NCBI RefSeq assembly: GCF_001447785.1
Contig: NW_015165831.1
Location: 1,800,411 to 1,864,410, forward strand
DNA length: 64,000 bases
From: Gekko japonicus
Lineage: Eukaryota
Direction of reading: 5' to 3'
The position numbers and the translations under genes are program-made. Within the stretch, counting starts at the first letter, position 1. Each line of letters begins with the position of its first letter. The notes beneath the pieces were generated by a model. That model was not told the origin of the DNA. It did no database searches and was given only the letters and a program-made list of their open reading frames with translations. Positions 1 through 12,123 of this stretch are shown here, one piece after another.

Positions 1-596
1 GTAATTCTGGAGAGAACGCCAGGCCCGTCCTTGAGGTTGGTAACCCTACAACCACATGTTTCTGAAGCAGTGACAACCTGTGTTACTCCTGGATGCATCA
101 GCAGAGTTTCAAAATTGGTTCTTACTCATTAAACAAAACCCTCTCTTTATTTAAAGATGAAACTTCTAGTTTATTTGAAGAAAAGAACTGTACATCTCTC
201 TCTCTTTCTGTGGGCTCTCTCGCTCTATTTAACCACTCTACCTCTCGTAATACTTTCATATCGNNNNNNNNNNNNNNNNNNNNNNNNNNNNNNNNNNNNN
301 NNNNNNNNNNNNNNNNNNNNNNNNNNNNNNNNNNNNNNNNNNNNNNNNNNNNNNNNNNNNNNNNNNNNNNNNNNNNNNNNNNNNNNNNNNNNNNNNNNNN
401 NNNNNNNNNNNNNNNNNNNNNNNNNNNNNNNNNNNNNNNNNNNNNNNNNNNNNNNNNNNNNNNNNNNNNNNNNNNNNNNNNNNNNNNNNNNNNNNNNNNN
501 NNNNNNNNNNNNNNNNNNNNNNNNNNNNNNNNNNNNNNNNNNNNNNNNNNNNNNNNNNNNNNNNNNNNNNNNNNNNNNNNNNNNNNNNNNNNNGGC

Positions 597-1354
597 CAGT
601 GGTGGCGAACCTATGGCACGGGTGCCAGAGGTGGCACTCAGAGCCCTCTCTGTGGGCACCCGTGCCATCGCCCCAGCCAGGCCCAGACCATCATTAAAGT
701 GTCGAATTCTCTGCCAAATAATTTTAAGTAAATGAAAGCATTTGGGATTGCTTCCCTTACTTTGTTTGGATCATATGCCCTGTAAGCCGCCCTGAGCCTC
801 CGGGGAGGGCGGGATAAAAATGTAAAGGTAAAGGTAAAGGTTCCCTTGCTCGAAAGCCAGTCGAATCCGACTCTAGGGTTGCGGTGCTCATCTCCGTTTC
901 AAAGCCGAAGAGCCAGCGCTGTCCGAAGACGTTTCCGTGGTCATGTGGCCGGCATGACTAAACACCAAGGCGCACGGAACGCTGTTACCTTCCCACCGAA
1001 GTGGTACCTATTTATCTACTTGCAATTTCTTGCTTTCGAACTGCTAGGTTGGCAGGAGCTGGAACTAGAGACAGGAGCTCACCCTGTCTTGCGGCACCCG
1101 GGTCTTGAACCGCTGAACTACTGACCTTCCACAGCCTGCAGTTCAGCGTCTTAACCACTTGAGCCACCGCAGCTCCAAAAATGTAAATAATAAATAAATA
1201 AATAAATAATATCATAAGTTAATGTAGGAGTTGTTTTTTTCTAAAGTAAAACCTCAGTATTCAGGTTAAATTGCCGTGTTGGCACTTTGCGATAAATAAG
1301 TGGGTTTTGGGTCGCAGTTTGGGCACTTGGTCTCTAAAAGGTTCGCCATCACTG
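597..1354 (+). mobile_element. Non-autonomous hAT (Charlie-type) element carrying nested SINE insertions
   Basis: 16-bp TIRs CAGTGGTGGCGAACCT / AGGTTCGCCATCACTG; left TSD mostly in the N gap. Confidence 0.8.
827..1176 (-). mobile_element. Full-length Sauria SINE
   Basis: (ACCTTT)n tail, tRNA-like head, 11-bp TSD AAAAATGTAAA at 816-826 and 1177-1187. Confidence 0.88.
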
Positions 1355-1948
1355 CCCTAGGAAGTAGCAAAGCAGTCCATGAACACTGAATAGCTCTGCT
1401 TGCTAATCAATAGAAAACTTGCTCAGGTGACCTTCTGGCTGTGGAGATCCAACAATTTCTGTCCCATTTTTACATCCCTAAGGGCAAGACTAAGAGCCAA
1501 AATTCTCAGCATTGTAGATCTGTGGCCTACACCATACACCAATTACCAAGTACACACAGTCCTGTCTGTGTCCTCGGACAAAGAAGATGGCCACTTTCAG
1601 GGGGGCCCAGACAAAGAATCCCTATCCCCACACATCACCCAGACCTGACACAAACAGTATATGAAAAAATCCATGACTTGCGGTAATAGATGCGCATAGA
1701 ACTTCCCACCCACCCACACTCATTCTTTTCCTCACATTTATATCCTGCCTGTCTACCATGAAATTCAGTACAGTGATATCCCCACAACAGCCTGTGAGGT
1801 AGGTCTGGCTGTGAGAGACAGACACACACAATGGCCCACTCGAAGTCAAACCTTCCCCCTCAAAGGGGTTGCTGAATTTATAGCCACCCTCTCAGTGCCA
1901 CCTTGCCCAGGTCCCCTAGTTGCCCCCCTTAGTTGCCCTGCTATTCAC

Positions 1949-2146
1949 CTGGAAGGATATACTGCCATTCCCAAAGGCTCCATGGGGGCTCGAGGAAACA
2001 CCCTGAAATGTAGCTGTCAGCATGGTCTCGTTGATCTTACCACCGAGGCTTTCCCAGGTAAAATTGGCCAAATTGTAGGTGGGGTAGAAGTCATCGTCAG
2101 GGACTTTGAAGAGATCTGACGTGTTGACGCCATTGTACTCAAACAC
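1949..2146 (-). CDS. GLMP: GLMP exon 3 (VFEYNGVN...YPTYNLANFTW...FGNGSISFQ, 66 aa); later exons not seen in the window
   Basis: ctag|GTG acceptor, CAG|gtgaat donor, 198 nt; resembles human YPPYSLADFSW..ATFQG..FANGSLAF; several N-x-S/T sequons. Confidence 0.92.
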
Positions 2147-4298
2147 CTAGAAATACCCACATTAGAAACCTATGAATGTATAGTCTTTTCCACATTTCAG
2201 TTGCTAAACCGCCTTGACTCAAGGGATTAAAATGAGGCATCTATGGGGGGGAAAAGGTCTTTTTACCTCAACAAAGCAGGAACACCTTTATTATTAAGTA
2301 CATTTTTATGACTAGAGTCCTCAAGGCAGCGAGCATGAACACATTAAAACGCCTGAACACTAAAGCAGCATTTACAATAAAATAATTCAATAAAAACACA
2401 TAGGCATACAACATCAAGAACAGGGAGGAGGCCACAGAACAAAATTCAAGTCCAGTGACACCTTTAAGACCAACAAATGTTTATTCAAGGGAGGAGGCCA
2501 AAAACAGTTATTGGGAATACGCCGAATGAAAGAAGTCTTCACCCACTGGCAGAAGGCACCAACACAGTGAGACGGATGGAATCTCCTTGGAGAAGGCATT
2601 CCAAAGTCTTGGCACCATGATTGAGAAAGCTTGTTCTTGGGTTGTCATTTGTCTAGCGGTGGCAATTGAAGCAGGGCCTCTGAAGGTGCCTGGATAGAAC
2701 AGGTAGGTTTATATTGGGAAAGGCTGTCCTTAAAGTATGTTGACCCCAAACCCTATAGGGTTTTAAATGTCAACACCAGCACCTTGCATTGACTTTGGCT
2801 CATCTCCTAAGTCTCAAAACAGCCAGCAAGGGCTCCTTTGCAGCTACCCTTTGACCCCACATTTCGCACACAGAGGAATATCAAAAGGATCACAAAGCCA
2901 ACTGCTGGTTGTTGTGGTATATCTTGCAGTCTTATAGAAGAGAACAAAGAGCCAGATTGACCTGTGAGCCAGGAAACCCCTGGTTCAAATCTCCCATCAA
3001 ACATTAGGTAGCCTTATGCAAGCTGTTTTCTCCAACCCAGCCTCCCAGTCAATCTAATCAGCAAGATAAGGATTGTAGCAAGGGCCTTCCTTATAGGGCC
3101 GTTTAAGGATAACTGACAAAACATGATGATAAAATTGCACAGGTCCTGTCCAGTACGGTGGGGTAAGAAACTCCAACACCCTGGTAAGTAACTCTGATAA
3201 CCTCTAGAGGACTTATGCAAAGTATCAAGGCGCCACAACACTTACGTTCAGGTAAGTGTGCAATCCTGTGCACACTCATCCAAAAGTAAGTTGGACTGAA
3301 TTTAGCAAGACTTGCTTCTGAGTAAACATGCATAGATCAGATGCAAGAAGCCGTCCCCGGATGCAAGAGGCTCTTCGATCAAAGGAATGGATCTGCGTGA
3401 CCCCTTCAGTATGAGAAATCTGGTTCAAAAGGATGCACTCTCTTCAGTTTACAAGCAGTAAGTAGGGACAAAATCTTCTGGGGTCAGAGGGCCTTGGATT
3501 CAGCAGCTCTCATTTCAGAAACTAAGCACGGATTTTCACTGAAACCACAGCTATCATCTACCTGCCACCACATGCAACTTTCCCCTGCCTGTTGTGCATG
3601 AAAAATTTCCTGAGTTGGCACCCCAATGCAATTTCCCAGGGTTGCCAACTTCCAGGTGTGGCCTGGGGATCTCCTAGAAATACAATTGATCTCCAGGCAA
3701 CAGAGGTCAGCTCCCCTGCAGAAAATATCTACTTTAGAGGGTGGACTCTGCGGCATTATACTCTATTGATGCCTCTCCAACTAGGAGCTGGCAGCCCTAA
3801 CTTTTTTTCTGGCTCCTGCCTGAGTCTTTGGGGTCCAGAATGGAAAGGATCCTGCATAGAATGGAAGAAAATACAAGCAGTGAATCCCTTCCCCACCAGC
3901 AGAGTGACCACCAAAGCCATGAGCTCATCCAGGATACTCCTGTGCCCTCAGTTTAGTCATAGCCCCAAGCTTATGTCAGTGTGCTTGGCAACCTCTTCCT
4001 AAACCATACTGGGAGCAAATCCTCTCCTTATTTTGTAAACTGAAAACAAACCACATCACTCTTCACAGTAAGTGCATTCCCACCTTATCCTCATGGCAGC
4101 CATTTTGTGATGGCACCCACCACCCTCTCTTCCTCAAAGGACAGTGTGTCTCCCCCTCCTCCTCATGGCAGCCATTTTGTGATTGGCCCTCCCCCCATGG
4201 CAGCCATTTTGTGATGGCACCCACCACCCTCTCAAAATTCCAGAAGTGCTTGCAGGCTCAACAAGGTCAGCAAGCCCCAGACTCTCCACAAAACGCAC

Positions 4299-4556
4299 CT
4301 TGGCGAAGATCACTGCTGAGGAATATAAGACACTGCTGGCGGGTTCAATGTGGATGGCTCCCGAGGGAGAGGGAGATAAGAGTTTGGTCCAGTTCACATG
4401 GAGGGTGCTGTTCTGACTTCCTGTGTACACCAGCAGCACCGTGGGTGCCCCAATGGTGCTCCACACATAATGGATTGTATCATTGTGGCCCACAGCCCGG
4501 ACGTGCAAGAGGTTGTCAGAGGAGCTGTTTGAACCAGGGTTGTATTCCAGAGACAC
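4299..4556 (-). CDS. GLMP: GLMP exon 2 (VSLEYNPG...LLHVRAVG...HYVWSTIGAP...SSAVIFAK, 86 aa)
   Basis: ccag|GTG acceptor, AAG|gtgcgt donor, 258 nt; resembles human GLMP NLLHIRAVG..TLHYVWSSLG..SSALVFTR. Confidence 0.93.
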
Positions 4557-6630
4557 CTGGAAAGGACATTTCATGCTAAAGTTTAATTCAGTTGCACAAA
4601 GATACACTCCAGTTCTAATATAACAAGCCAGGATCAGGTTAGTTATATTGACTCCTCTTTCAAATGGGTTAGAAAGAGCAGTTTTGCTGAAAACAAGCTA
4701 TTGGTGGGCAGTCAAGAGGCCCATAAACCTGTTACCCTTCACTCTCTTTAAAGTTACTTCACTCTCAGCAGCAGAACCACGTTTGCCTTTTGCAATATTA
4801 AAATGGTAACTTTATGTTTCCTTCATAACATTAAACTCAGCAATACTATAAGCGACACTATAAGAATATGTAACAAGTCTAACACCATAACAAGCAGCGA
4901 CCTGATCATAGCCATCATATGTAGGGGAAACCAAGAAAAATCCTGTTGTATTTTGCAACCAAATGCCTTAAAACATATTCAGGTGGGTAGCTGTGTGGGT
5001 CTGAAGCAGCAGAACCACGTTTGAGTCCAGTGGCACACAAAAGCTTATATACCTTGAATAAAACTTTGTTGGCCTCAAGCCCGGTAGGCTCGCCAATCTC
5101 TTTCAATTTCAATTTAAGATCAGTGGCACACAAAAGCTTATATACCTTGAATAAAACTTTGTTGGCCTCAAGCCCGGTAGGCTCGCCAATCTCTATGGTG
5201 CTGGCTTGCAGAAAAGACCGAAGAGAACACACAGACTTATAAGGGCAGAGCAAGTCACTCAAGTATCTGGGTGCTAAGCTATTTACGGCTTAAAAATCAG
5301 CACCAGCACCCTGAACTAGGCCAGGAAACAATCGAAGTGAGTGGGTCCAACCTGAGCAATACATTCTTTGTGGCAGTTTCTCTCATCTGCTGGATTTTTA
5401 TTTAGAAAGAAAAAAAGTGACAAGAGGGAACGTTATAAAGGTTTATAAAACTACACGTGGTGCGGAGAGTGCATGTATAGTTTTTTCCACCTAGAACATT
5501 AAATGAAATTGGATAGGCAGAAGCTTCAGGCCAAGAAAAGAAACACAGAAAACAAAACCAGAGACCTGGAAGGGACCTCAAGGCTCATCTAGTCCAACCC
5601 CTTGCACAATACAGGAAATGCACAGCTACCTCTCCCCCACACACACTCCCCCAGTGACCTCTGCTCTAGACCCCAGAGGAAGGCAACAAACCTCCAGGAT
5701 TCCTGGGCCAGTCTAGCCTGGAGGAGAATTCCTTCCTGATCCCAAAGTGACAACTGGCATTACCCTGGGCATATAAGAAAGGGCCACAAGAGCTCTTCCT
5801 GACCTCCCTCTCACAACCTGCCAGAGAATTTGGAAAGAGGGAATGCCTTTAAGGTAAAGCATAACATCACAAAGAGCCAGTTTGGTGTAGTGGTTAAGTG
5901 CGCGGACTCGAACCTGGGAGAACCGGGTTTGATTCCCCACTTCTCCACTTGCAACCTGGCTGGATAAACTTGGGCAAGCCATAGTTCTGATAAGAGCTTG
6001 TATAGAAATTTTGCTTTCTGCTTTCTATAATCCATGCCTTCTCCTGTGATTACATTCTGATAACATGCTGTGTCTTATTTCCTCTCCATTTGGCCAGAGA
6101 AACTTTATAACCATGCCATATAACCACACATTCTTTCACACTAAGGGAAGAGGCAGACCTGATGGCTCCTGGCTCTGCCTCACATGCAAAAAGTCACGTA
6201 GGCAATGGAGAAGCTGGAGTTTGGGGTCATGTGACTGCAGGCGTGGTCTCAAAACTTCTAGCGTATCCCCACATGCAACTATGACAACCAACAATTTGGG
6301 CACACCCATGCCCACTCGCAATTGGCTAATACCCACATCTAATTTGTGACTGTAATTGGGCTATAATTGTTTGGTCCCAATGAGAGAGACTCTCTTGCTC
6401 TCTGCTCCTGTTCTCTCTACTTGTTTTATGGCACCTAGAAATACTCTCTGTGTCAAGGTGAGAAGAAAATGGTAGGCAGTAAATTTATATCTACTCCAGA
6501 AGGTGGGGTAGGGCTGAGTCATTGTCCTGTAGGAGATCCCCAGGCTATGGACATGCTAATGGAGGAGCTTTCCTGAGGAGGTTCTTTTGTTTCCTGAGGA
6601 GGTTTCCTGAGGAGCATTCCATCTTTCTGT

Positions 6631-6762
6631 GTTTATACCTCTGAGGATGCCAGTCATAGTTACTGGCGAAACGTGCAAAATACGTGCCAAGACCACGGCC
6701 ACACATCCCGGAAAATCTACAGCAACTAATGAACTCCGGCCGTGAAAGCCTTCGACAACATA
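6631..6762 (+). mobile_element. Penelope-like element terminal repeat with degenerate hammerhead ribozyme
   Basis: CTGAGGA-T-GCCAG-loop-CTGGC-GAAA-CGT, then CCGGCCGTGAAAGCCTTCGACAACA as recalled from lizard Penelope ends. Confidence 0.72.
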
Positions 6763-8918
6763 TTGTTCATAAGATCATTACATCTACCAGCCCATATACT
6801 ATACCCAGCTGAGGTTCCCTCGTGCATTTTGATTTAGGAGGGTTGAATGTATTCTGACCACCACCCCAAAAATTTTACCACCCATTTCACATCAAGAGCA
6901 TGTATAGAATTTTTTTTAAATGTGCCCCTGAGCATGTGCAGATCGCCTTCCAAGAGTATAACCATGCCTCCAGGATTAGGGACCCAGCTTCCAGAACCTA
7001 AGGTTAGGTCTAGAAGTCCTCTTTTAGGATGTTAAAAAACAGGAACAAGAAGAGGGACATTCAAAAGGCGAACTGAAATTACTTTTAGGCGGTTAAAGAT
7101 TTACAAGCTTTTCTTCAGGAGAAAGCATCTATATGGCTAAATAATAAAGACGTTGAACATCACTTACTAAACCCTTTAGATAAATGGGCTCCAATTATTG
7201 ATAAAATGAATTTGGATAAGTTCGAATGGGAACATATAAAATCACCCAAATTTAAGATGCTTGTCTTAGGGTGAGAGTTTGTTACTTGTGTTTTCAGCAT
7301 TTGAAGTTTAGTTAGACATAATGGGTTGCGCAGCCTTTTAAATCGATAGGGCTCTCAGTGTCAACAACATTTATTTTTTGTTTTTTGTAGTTTTGTTTCT
7401 TTACTCTGTGTGCTTAATCAATTTTATCAAACATTTAATGTTATTTCTCTGTACTTAATGTATTACGAGGAAGTTCACAATTGAATAAACAGTTATTTAA
7501 ATTTTTTTTACAAGCTTTGTTTGTTTTCTTTGCATCAAAGGCTCTGTAGACAAAGCAAACCAGTCGACACCCCCACCCTCTGAAGTTTCCAAGAAAAGTG
7601 CCCACATCAGCTCTTCCCCTTCTTCCTCTGAGAAAAACAAAGCTGACATACTGCAGAGATGAAACAAACAAGGAACGTTCACCCCTTGCCAGGTCACCCA
7701 GATAGCTTTTTCTTGGGCAGGACCCTTAAAAAACAAAGCACCATACCTCACCCAAACAGATGTTTCCATTGATACCATCTCTAACTTGGATTCAACTTCA
7801 CAGGGAACAGTCAGATTTAATTTACCCTCCCTAGGAGCCTTACAGGAAGAAGTGGGGAAAGAAAACTGAACACAACCACTTAGAACAACCCTGCTGGATC
7901 TGGCCAATAGTCCATCTAGACTGGCCTCTCCCCACCCCAGAGGCCAACTCGATGCCTCCAGAGAGCTCAAGCAGGACCCCCGAAATAATAACTCTTCCCT
8001 ATTGTTTGCCCCATCACTTAGTATTCAGAGGCATAGAACTTCTGAACTTTAGCCATAATGACTAATAGCTGTTGCTAGATCTCTCTGCCTCCCTGATCCT
8101 TTAAAACAGCCACCCAAGTTTGTGGCCATTCACACATCTCATGGCAGTGCATTTCTCAAGTTAAAACTGTGTACTTTGTGAAGACACATCTAACTCGTAA
8201 TGCTGGGTTCAAGACGGGGAATTAAGTTTGGGGGGTGTTCTGGATGACTCTGATCAATCTAGGCCAGATGTCCCCAGTTTGGTGTCTGTGGGCACCATGA
8301 CACCAAGCGAGAGCTTTTAAGAAAGGAGACAGAGCCAGGTAAAGCTTTTGCCCAACAAGGCTTCTGACTAGCCACTGGAGATCAGATTGGCCATGCAGAT
8401 TTGTAAAACTATTGCTCCACCACAGCACAAACATCTTCACTGTGTGAATGAAGATAGGCCACAGCAGCCATTTTGCTCCACCTCCTGCAGAAGCCATTTT
8501 GTGGCTGTGCCTATCATACTGTGTCAGAATTCCAAAGGGGACTGCAGGCTCAAAAGGTTGGGATCCCTGCCCTAGGCTTGTTGTGCTGGACCCAGTCAGC
8601 GTTATCTGTAGTTTAGTAAAACTGCTCTGTATCTTTAAGACTTGTTGCACCTGGAAATTGGAGTCCACAGTTAGGGGTCCCAGAAGCTTCCCTCTGACTG
8701 GCTCATTAAGAATAAATTCCTGAGCTCAGAGGATAGGAGTTTTATTGTTCTTTTCCATTTTCTTTGTCCTTCAACCCTTACTGCAAGGAGGGGGGAATAC
8801 CAGATCATTTAACTCCTAGCCAGAAGTACACCTCAGTAACACTATAACTTTGTTCTGGGTATCATACACAAATAAATACTACAGGTTTGTTCTGGGTTTA
8901 ATACCCAAATAAATAACT

Positions 8919-9058
8919 ACAAAGTTTGAGTTCAGTGGTACCTTTAAGACCAACAAAGTTTAATCCTGGGTATAAGCTTTCGTGTGCATGCACATGAAAG
9001 CTTATTCCGAGATTTAAACTTTGTTGGTCTTAAAGATGCCACTGGACTCAAACTTTGT
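8919..9058. repeat. 140-bp imperfect palindrome of two head-to-head Penelope-like termini
   Basis: Arms ACAAAGTTTGAG...AAGCTTTCGTGTGCA and TGCACATGAAAGCTT...CTCAAACTTTGT, symmetric about 8988/8989. Confidence 0.88.
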
Positions 9059-10289
9059 TCTGTTGCTTCAGACCAACATAGCTACCCACCCAAAGAAATA
9101 ACTACTCTTAGGGAATCTCTGCTTTCATTACAAGCTTGTTCATGAAAGTAATATTACTGTGTTCTTAGACTAAATCCAGAAACATTATACTAGAAACATT
9201 ATGCCATCAGTTCATCATTGTTACACAGATAATTAAAGGAAAGCAATTACATGAGTCCATAAAGATTTTTTACCCCAAAAGTAAGCAGGTCATGGGCAAG
9301 GAGCCCCTTCCAAGAAGAAGTTAAGAACATAAGAACATAAGAGACGTCAATGTTGGATCAGGCCAAAGGCCCATCCAGTCCAACACTCTGTGTCACACAG
9401 TGGCCAGAAATACCAGTGCCATCAGGAGGTCCACCAGTGGGGCCAGGACATTAGAAGCCCTCCCACTGTTGACCCCCCCCCCAGGACCCAGGAAACCCAA
9501 CACCCAGCTCTTAGAGGAGGCTTTGACAGGAGATGTGTGACACAGGTAATGGAAATAGAGAAAGAAGTGTCAGAGCTGTTTTGAAGGGCCATATGCTTAT
9601 CTTAAGTTCTTGATTAATACAACTTCTCCTATTTATAGGATTTTAAAATAATCTCTTAATAATAGCTAACTGTCCCGTCACACAGTTTTGGCTAACTAAT
9701 TATCTCATAACTTCAAACACCATACAAGGCTATTTATACTTAAAACAGCTTTTGAAAATACATAAAAAGTTAGTTCATTCTCACTACCTTTTTATCTTAA
9801 CAAAGTCTATTTAAAATAGTGATTATAAGTTTCTCATACATATGAATATCTTTTGGCCCTCCACTAGTACTCCCATCCTTGAATCATATCTTCTGTGAAG
9901 CTGGACATTCCTGAGATTCTCAGATGCTTCTTCACCTGAGCCTCAACAAATTGTATCTATCGATAATGGGTTATGAAGCTTCTAGTCTACACAAGGCAAT
10001 ATAATTATTTCCATTCTGTCTTCTTCTTGCTGTCCTTCAAGGCTATTCTATTCTGGGCCGCTACACCCCCTTCTTGGCAGGCTTCCTTGAGAGGCCAGGT
10101 TTGTTCTGATAAAGTGTGCCACAACATACTCTATGACCTCTTTGGTCAAGTCCAACAACTATTCCCATGTATTTCTAGCCATATATGTGACAGGAGGGTT
10201 GTATTTGAAACAGATTTCAAAGTCATAGTGCCAAAAAGGCACTAATTTAATTCCGGGTATAACAGATTTCAAAGCCATAGTGCCAAAGA

Positions 10290-10676
10290 GAGAAGGCTGA
10301 GGGACTTGGGAATGTTCAGTCTGGAGAAGAGGAAGTTGAGGGGGGACATGATTGCTTTCTTTAAGTATCTGAAGGGCTGTCACTTAGAGGAGGGCAGGGG
10401 GCTGCTCCTGTTGGCAGCAGAGGATAGGACTCACAATAATGGGTTTCAATTAAGGGCGGGAAGGTACGGCCAGATAGTAGGGAAAACTGTTTTACAGCAA
10501 GAGTTGTTCAACGGTGGAATCAGCTGCCTGGGGGGGGGGTGAGCTCCCCCTCACTGGTGGTCTTCAAGCAGCACCTGGACAAACATGTGTCAGAGATGCT
10601 CTGGGCTGATCCTGCATTGAGCAGAGGGTTGGCCTAGACAGCCTGTATGGCTCCTTCCAACTCTGTGATTCTATGA
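10290..10676 (+). mobile_element. CR1 LINE 3' end
   Basis: GMFSLEKRKLRGDMIAFFKYLKG motif and GATTCTATGA tail. Confidence 0.88.
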
Positions 10677-11731
10677 AAAACCCTTGGGTTGAGCCCCAAC
10701 TTGGCCTATGCCATATAGGAGGCCCACCCAAGACCAGAGGATATGTGGAACCAACTGTGCTGGAGTTGGGCTAAGCCCCAGAACCTTATCAGAAATGAGG
10801 CTCAGACTTCTCAGATTGCCTCATCTAAGAAACTGAAAGAAAGCAAAAGCAAAAGTTTTATCAGGGCCTGACAGAGAAGCCCACATTGTGCAGCCTGTAG
10901 AGTTTTAAAGGGGAATACAGGTTTCCTTGTAGACTTAACTGGACTAAATGCAGGGCTGCCAAAAGCCTGGGTTGTGAAATTCCTGGAGATTTGGGGGTTT
11001 AGCCTGGGGAGGGCAGAGTCTGGGGAGGGGGATGTAATGCCACAGAGTCCACCCTCTTCAGGGGAACTGTTCTCTGTAATCTGGAGCTCAGTGGTAATGC
11101 TGGGAGATCTCCAGAGGCTGAGAGAACCCTCATTAGCTGGGGCAGGAGGCGCCAGAGTTCATCACAATGGGGGGGGGGGGGAGAACATAAATTTAAGAAC
11201 ATAAAAGCAGCAAAACAAGATGCCCCATTATATGACAATACATCTTACAAGAACCCAGAATTACCAGCCCCACATTGCTGATGAAGCTGGAGAGCAGAGG
11301 CTTGGCGGGGGGCCAGCTGAAAACTGGCAGCCTCCCAGAATCACAGCCGACTTTCTTCACCACTATACTACCCACAAAGCTTTGGGACACACCCGGGTTG
11401 TAAACCAGGCCTCGTCAGCCCGACTCCAATATGCTGCCCTCTCTTACTTCCAGTTACTTTCTTTATACTCGTTTTCTTTCACCAGCTTAAAAGAGAACCG
11501 TAGCAGGCCCACTATTGCACGTGTTACTTTCCGTGAGCTCACAGTCCCTCAACAGAGAAAGAGAAGTTTGTGCCTCTGATCACACACAGAATGCCGTTCT
11601 TCTTCTACCGTCCTCACTTCCCTTCACCACACTGAGGATTCAGAGCCAGGCTTGCTAGGTCAGACAGTTTAGGAGCCGAGCAAATGTACGCTCCAGCACG
11701 TATTTTTAAAGAGTTAGCCACAGAACAGGTA

Positions 11732-11818
11732 ATGGTAAAGGTCCCCCTTGCTCGAAAGCCAGTCGAATCCGACTCTAGGGTTGCGGTGCTCATCTCCGTT
11801 TCAAAGCCGAAGAGCCAC
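11732..11818 (-). mobile_element. Sauria SINE 3' fragment about 20 nt inside GLMP intron 1
   Basis: Nearly identical to 835-915. Confidence 0.8.
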
Positions 11819-11839
11819 CGCCTGTGCGCCAGAACCTAC

Positions 11840-11926
11840 CTTCCGTCTGTAACCCGCCGGATCCCCCGCCAAGCACCCCACCAGCCACACAAGAGGCAGA
11901 GAAGCCCAGCTTCCCCCTACCAGCAT
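11840..11926 (-). CDS. GLMP: GLMP (glycosylated lysosomal membrane protein) coding exon 1, signal peptide MLVGGSWASLPLVWLVGCLAGDPAGYRRK
   Basis: ATG at 11926 in aacATG context, hydrophobic N-terminus, AAG|gtaggt donor in phase 0 matching exon 2; CpG-rich surroundings. Confidence 0.8.
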
Positions 11927-12123
11927 GTTGATTCCAATGTAGCAACTCTTCGCCCGGCCACATGACACAGCAGCTGATCGTTCCGGTCCTGTCTTAAAAG
12001 GGCAAGGCACTCTTAAAAGGGCAAGGTTTTTGCCCCCTCATAAAGGGGCCGCGGCATGCCAGAGTCCCTACAGAAAGGAATTCTGGATTGAGCCAATTTA
12101 TTAGGATTCATTTGAATCCTTCC

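Noticed and set aside
93-735. Long ORFs of 147-212 aa
   Set aside because: They are long only because they span the N gap at 264-593; the same applies to ORFs over 18365-18500
4085-4240. Short repeats of CAGCCATTTTGTG resembling an array
   Set aside because: Irregular internal repeats of a dispersed element also seen near 8460, 18570 and 22260; not CRISPR, and the DNA is eukaryotic
9500-10250. Possible L1/Tx1 remnant (also near 7020-7300)
   Set aside because: Composition is suggestive but I could not read a diagnostic motif
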